Positions 59,565 through 64,000 of a stretch of 64,000 nt of DNA are shown here, one piece after another; the first letter of the stretch is position 1; the number at the start of each line of letters is the position of its first letter. The position numbers and the translations under genes were made by a program. A model generated the notes under the pieces. That model was not told the origin of the DNA, ran no database searches, and saw only the letters and a list, made by a program, of their open reading frames with translations. Source of the DNA: Rhizodiscina lignyota (lineage: Eukaryota); contig ML978121.1 in NCBI GenBank assembly GCA_010015805.1, forward strand, positions 2,356,001 to 2,420,000. Direction: 5' to 3'.

Positions 59565-60956
59565 ATGATGCTGGTCGCTCTCGTCGCCTTCTCTTCCTGT
59601 CTTGCGTCGGCGCTGGAGGCGCAGCAAAGGCAACCAATGGAGCGACACCACGACTTAATCCGTCCTCGAGATGGCCTTCTGCATGCTGGATCAAATGCAT
59701 CACGCACCTCGACAGTGAGGGTCCAACATACCTTTGGCGCGAGCGCCCAATCATACCAGTTGGCAAATCACACGACCGTCTCCGAACGCGTATCCATCGC
59801 CGCCTCGATTTCACCAACAGCTCGACCGACTTCTGTGAATGGCTCCACAGACGGAGCTGTTTCTGTGCAGGGAGCCTTGTTGCTGGGAGAATCTTCATCA
59901 GGCGCGGAGGCACCTCAGGGGACTAGGGAAGTAACTGCGGCCGGCGCTACGATGAGCTGGGATGAGCTCTGGACACATTCGAGCCATTCGACCGGTACCG
60001 CAGCAGCAGCAGCCGAAACAACATTCACACTGGGTGGACAAACTGCATCTTCGACGAACAGTTGGGACGAGGCCTGGACGCTGTCATCATCCATCATTGT
60101 GCCCGAGTCATCTGCGCACAATCCAGACTCGGGCAGTCATGGCCACTCGACACTGACGATATACGCGCCGACAACATCAAACTCACACCTTGTACATCAT
60201 TCGTCCGCATTTTTACCATTGCCCACACGTGTCTCTGCAACCGACGCAACGTTAACGACCACAATCTCTCCCGGCGTATTTTCAGCCTCGTTCGTTTTGG
60301 TGTCAACATCCATATCGAAACCTGTACATCATTCGTCTGCATCTTTATCATTGCCCACGGCGATTTCTGCAACTGACGCAACGCTCGCGACCACAATCTC
60401 TCCTGGCATATCCACAGCCTCGTTCCCGATCTCTTTGCGCCCATCGACAGCTTCATCACCTAATACCCACGTTACCACTACCATTCCGGTCGACACATTC
60501 TCGACTTCCTTCGTCCTCGCATCTTCTCTTTCACAAGCACAGTCACTTGCTCCAACTCATGCCGCAAGCGCCATTTCATCCATAGGAAGCACATCCTCAA
60601 CCTCATTCATATTTGCGTCTTCATCATTATCAGGTTCGCCATCCATGCTTACCGATTCGCGAGGCACGGCAGCTAGGACGACTACGTTGATGCTCGGCGG
60701 AGGTGGCACGACGTCAACGCACTCGGCAAGTGCGATCGATCCGCTCACGGGCGATGGCACAACGAAAGAGACTTCGACGTCCACTTCAGTGGCAGTTCCT
60801 TCGGGGGACGGAACCGAGAGTGGGAATGGGGAGGACTTGCCGAATGTACCGACTGATGCAGCGCCGCTGTCCGCTGGGAGTGCGATGAGGGTTGACATAT
60901 GGCACTGGACTGTGGCCTTGACGTTTGTTTTCTTGGGCTTTATTTGGCGTTTGTGA
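59565..60956 (+). CDS. Ser/Thr-rich secreted, probably GPI-anchored cell-wall protein
   Basis: Signal peptide MMLVALVAFSSCLASA; S/T-rich body with a 132-nt internal duplication (60191/60323); small-residue omega-like region (SAGSA) followed by the hydrophobic tail WHWTVALTFVFLGFIWRL. Confidence 0.8.
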   Translation: MMLVALVAFSSCLASALEAQQRQPMERHHDLIRPRDGLLHAGSNASRTSTVRVQHTFGASAQSYQLANHTTVSERVSIAASISPTARPTSVNGSTDGAVSVQGALLLGESSSGAEAPQGTREVTAAGATMSWDELWTHSSHSTGTAAAAAETTFTLGGQTASSTNSWDEAWTLSSSIIVPESSAHNPDSGSHGHSTLTIYAPTTSNSHLVHHSSAFLPLPTRVSATDATLTTTISPGVFSASFVLVSTSISKPVHHSSASLSLPTAISATDATLATTISPGISTASFPISLRPSTASSPNTHVTTTIPVDTFSTSFVLASSLSQAQSLAPTHAASAISSIGSTSSTSFIFASSSLSGSPSMLTDSRGTAARTTTLMLGGGGTTSTHSASAIDPLTGDGTTKETSTSTSVAVPSGDGTESGNGEDLPNVPTDAAPLSAGSAMRVDIWHWTVALTFVFLGFIWRL

Positions 60957-61598
60957 TTATATACCAATAGATACGAAGGAGAGAGCGATATTGTGAAATG
61001 TTTATAATAGAAGGAACATCGGCGAGCAACTTCGAAACCACAACGAGTGTTTCAACGAGCCATCCCTTTAGAATATGGGAAAGGCGAAAGGCTCAAGTAA
61101 CTTACACCATTAGTATATAATGAAACTAAGAACTGTGAATGAAGAAACCAACAGCCCAGGCTGAGCAACAAAGAGACTCGATGGCAATCAAAAATTCGAG
61201 ATGGACTCGTGGCAACACATGTGGCGTTCGGCAGACGATGCCCCTCTCAACGTCTGCGCACCAATGCCGACGGCACACTTCTCCATAAGCATTTCGCCAT
61301 CTCAAAAAATGTGATATGATGATATTACTGTTACAAGTAATCAAAGTAATACATGCGGAAGCTGGGGCCCCGCGATGTTACGGAAGTTTGCTTCCCGTTG
61401 AAGATCTCCAGTCTCTCCAGGCCTGTGGTCTGAAATCAAATTCTCCTTCCTTTCCTTCATATTCTCTCTTATTTGCTACCCTTCGTTCTTCTTTGTCGCG
61501 AAAAGGTTAAAGCTAGAATTGCCAGAGCAGTCGAAGCCAGGATAGGGGCACTTCCTCTCGCTCTCCTAAATGCTGACAGACATCACCACTCTCTAAGC

Positions 61599-62543
61599 AT
61601 GGGCAAGCCTACAACAGGAGGCTTCGAAAAGACATCGGACTGGCTAGATTGGTATGCGGATCCCAGTAGGCCGACATTCAAGCTGCCACCGGGAGCGGTC
61701 GATTCACATTGTCACGTCTTCGGTCCTGGTGCTCAGTTCCCCTACGCTCCAGAGAGAAAATACACCCCTTGCGACGCGAGTAAAGACCAACTTTTCGCTC
61801 TGAGGGACCACTTGGGCTTTACCCGCAATGTCATTGTCCAGGCCACATGCCACGGAGCGGACAACAGCGCGCTTGTAGACGCTTGTCGTGCTGCTAACGG
61901 GCGAGCAAGAGGCGTTGGAACTGTGAAGCGAACTGTCACAGATGAAGAGCTGCAGCGATTGCACGGCGCTGGTGTACGCGGCGTGCGATTCAACTTCGTG
62001 AAACGCCTCGTTGACTTCACCCCGAAGGACGAACTGCAAGAGATCGCCGCGAGGATAGCAAAGCTGGGGTGGCACGTCGTGATCTATTTCGAGGCACAGG
62101 ACCTCCCCGAGCTGTGGGACTTCTTCACCAGCATCCCGACTACGGTGGTGGTGGACCACATGGGACGGCCGGATGTTAGCAGAGGTGTTGACAGCGAGGA
62201 GTTTGCGCTCTTCTTGAAGTTCGTGCGTGAGCATGAGAACGTCATGACGAAGGTGACGTGTCCGGAGCGGCTGACGAAGTCTGGTCCGAGAGCACTGAAT
62301 GGGGAGAAGAACGCGTATACGGACGTTGTGCCTTTTGCGCGGAAGCTGGTGGAAGAGTTTCCAGACAGGGTGCTTTGGGGTACGGATTGGCCGCATCCGA
62401 ACCTGAAGAGCCATATGCCGGACGACGGGCTGCTCGTCGATTTTATTCCACATATCGCACCAACAGAAGAGCTGCAGCGGAAATTACTCGTTGATAATCC
62501 GACGCGGTTATATTGGCCCGAGTTAGCTGGGAAAACATCATAA
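61599..62543 (+). CDS. ligI: 2-pyrone-4,6-dicarboxylate lactonase/hydrolase (LigI/PmdD, amidohydrolase superfamily), bacterial type
   Basis: VDSHCHVFGP, APERKYTPCDA, VIVQATCHGADN, GVRGVRFNFVKRLVD, VVDHMGRPD and VLWGTDWPHPN motifs; intronless coding region. Confidence 0.93.
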   Translation: MGKPTTGGFEKTSDWLDWYADPSRPTFKLPPGAVDSHCHVFGPGAQFPYAPERKYTPCDASKDQLFALRDHLGFTRNVIVQATCHGADNSALVDACRAANGRARGVGTVKRTVTDEELQRLHGAGVRGVRFNFVKRLVDFTPKDELQEIAARIAKLGWHVVIYFEAQDLPELWDFFTSIPTTVVVDHMGRPDVSRGVDSEEFALFLKFVREHENVMTKVTCPERLTKSGPRALNGEKNAYTDVVPFARKLVEEFPDRVLWGTDWPHPNLKSHMPDDGLLVDFIPHIAPTEELQRKLLVDNPTRLYWPELAGKTS

Positions 62544-62631
62544 CGCCAAAAATGCTCGAGTGTATTGAGCAGCCTGAACTGTCAAACTCAAAGTGCTTCT
62601 AAAGATCGTACTGCGAGTCTTGTCATTCGCA

Positions 62632-63678
62632 CTAATACGCATACATGCCGCCGTCGACTGCAATGACTTTGTTGTTGACATATGCATTCTTCACCATCCA
62701 GACGACCGTCTCCGCGATCTCGGCAGGTCTACCCAGTCGGCCCACAGGTATTTCTGTGAATGTCAGTTTGGGAGAATATATGAGAGCTTTGAGATGAGCA
62801 TACTCTTTTCTAGCTCTTCTACTCTCCCCGGCAACATTGTCGTCTCTTGGATAAGAGCAGGCGCGATCCCATTCACTGTAATGCCTTTCTTCGCATATGC
62901 CATTGCGAGCCAGTGTACCAATCCGTGCATGGCTGACTTTGAGCTCCTGAAATGCGGTCAAAACTGGATTGATCACGATATTTCGAGCATTGCGGGGTTA
63001 TTGAGAATCCATCACTTGTGTGACTTTGTAGGACATAAGAGTAGACTCACGCGTAATGCGGTCCCACCACTCCTCCTGTAAAAGCCGCGACGCTACTACA
63101 GAAGATGACTCTTCCCCATGCGTTCTTCTCCATCGCTGGGATGCAAAGCTGGGTGAGCAGATATGCCGATCCGCAATTCGCCTTCCACGTGAGCTCAAAT
63201 TGCTCCAGCGAGATTTCGCTGACGTCTTTGACGCCATGCTTGATCGTTATCCCGGCGTTGTTGAACAATATCGTGGGATCACCCAGCGACTCGACGACGT
63301 CCTTGTAGAGCTTCCGGACCTTGATTTGGAATTATAAGAGTCTGACGCTGGAATTTGCGCTGTTTGCTCATTGACACAAAGGCAACCGGAGAATGAATAT
63401 TGTGGACGTGGACAAAATGTATGGCAGGACGCTGTAAACTTCGAGATCTGGCATACCTGATCGTAGTCGCTCATGTCTGCTTGAAATGCCTTCGCCTTGA
63501 TACCTTGTGCTTCGAAATCTTTCAGCATTTCCTCCGCAATGCTCTTCGCCTGATTGTAATGGATGGCAATGGTACATCCCATCTTTGCGAGGGAATAGCA
63601 TGTTGCCTTGCCGATCCCGCCAGTGCCACCTGTTATGAGAGCGATATGCCCGGTTAGATCAGTAGTGATGATCGACAT
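62632..63678 (-). CDS. Classical short-chain dehydrogenase/reductase (FabG-like); 4 exons
   Basis: ITGGTGGIG, FNNAG, SS, spliced HYA|SSK (YxxxK), VNGIAP and VIAVDGG motifs; introns 63456-63320, 63050-62947 and about 62803-62754. Confidence 0.92.
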
Positions 63679-64000
63679 GCTTGAGGAATTGAAAGAAAAG
63701 CCCTTCGATGCGTGTATCCAAGAGAGTATTCAATATTCAAATAATGGACATTTGTGTTTAAGTCCGAGATACTTTCTCAGATTAGAAATGGATAAGGGAC
63801 TCGGTGAAATGACCGGGGAATATCTCTAAAAGACTCCAAGACAAGACAATGATAACGTCAGCCTCGACAACTTCGAAGGGACTCCGTGAATTGTATACCT
63901 ATTGAACAACGTGAATTTTGAAAGTATGTATTTCAATCAATGGCATTGGAGAAAGTTGAATGAGTCATGGTAGCCAGTGACTCGGGGCGAAGGGGGACCC

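Noticed and set aside
58356..59926. 203-aa and 273-aa plus-strand ORFs after WHI3
   Set aside because: Non-ATG starts, T-rich UTR-like composition, and overlap with the better-supported GPI protein gene.
61704..62453. 249-aa antisense ORF over ligI
   Set aside because: Typical antisense shadow of a CDS with high GC at third codon positions.
1..64000. Transposons, CRISPR arrays, rRNA/tRNA genes
   Set aside because: No transposase or RT ORFs, terminal repeats, regularly spaced repeats or RNA-gene signatures were recognised by eye; small ncRNAs cannot be excluded without Infernal or tRNAscan-SE.

Overview
Gene-dense eukaryotic DNA from a filamentous ascomycete (Pezizomycotina, Dothideomycete-like by inference), with short GT-AG introns and CTRAC/CTAAC branch sites. 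Conserved genes are arginyl-tRNA synthetase, a GNS1/SUR4 fatty-acid elongase, an AIM3-like Pro-rich protein, a nitrilase, SPT20, SEC63 and a WHI3-like RRM protein. Accessory or metabolic genes are a secreted GH31, a Dal5-type MFS transporter, an FAD monooxygenase fused to a membrane domain, a DUF2235 hydrolase, an F-box protein, a Ser/Thr-rich GPI-type protein, an SDR and several hypotheticals. Highlights: (1) a head-to-head pair of a trypsin-like serine protease and a membrane-anchor protein whose only TM segment lies beyond an in-frame UAG (candidate protease/effector module; RNA editing, readthrough or pseudogenisation); (2) an intronless 2-pyrone-4,6-dicarboxylate hydrolase (LigI/PmdD) that looks betaproteobacterial (probable HGT); (3) a divergent pair of small paralogs sharing an HxLKCxH...CxxNC...CxxC motif; (4) a GCAU-dense 3' region of WHI3 suggesting autoregulation; (5) an upstream in-frame AUG adding a mitochondrial presequence to ArgRS. 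No tRNA, rRNA, CRISPR array or intact transposon was recognised. Exon boundaries and motif counts were read by eye, and family assignments come from recalled motifs, not database searches.
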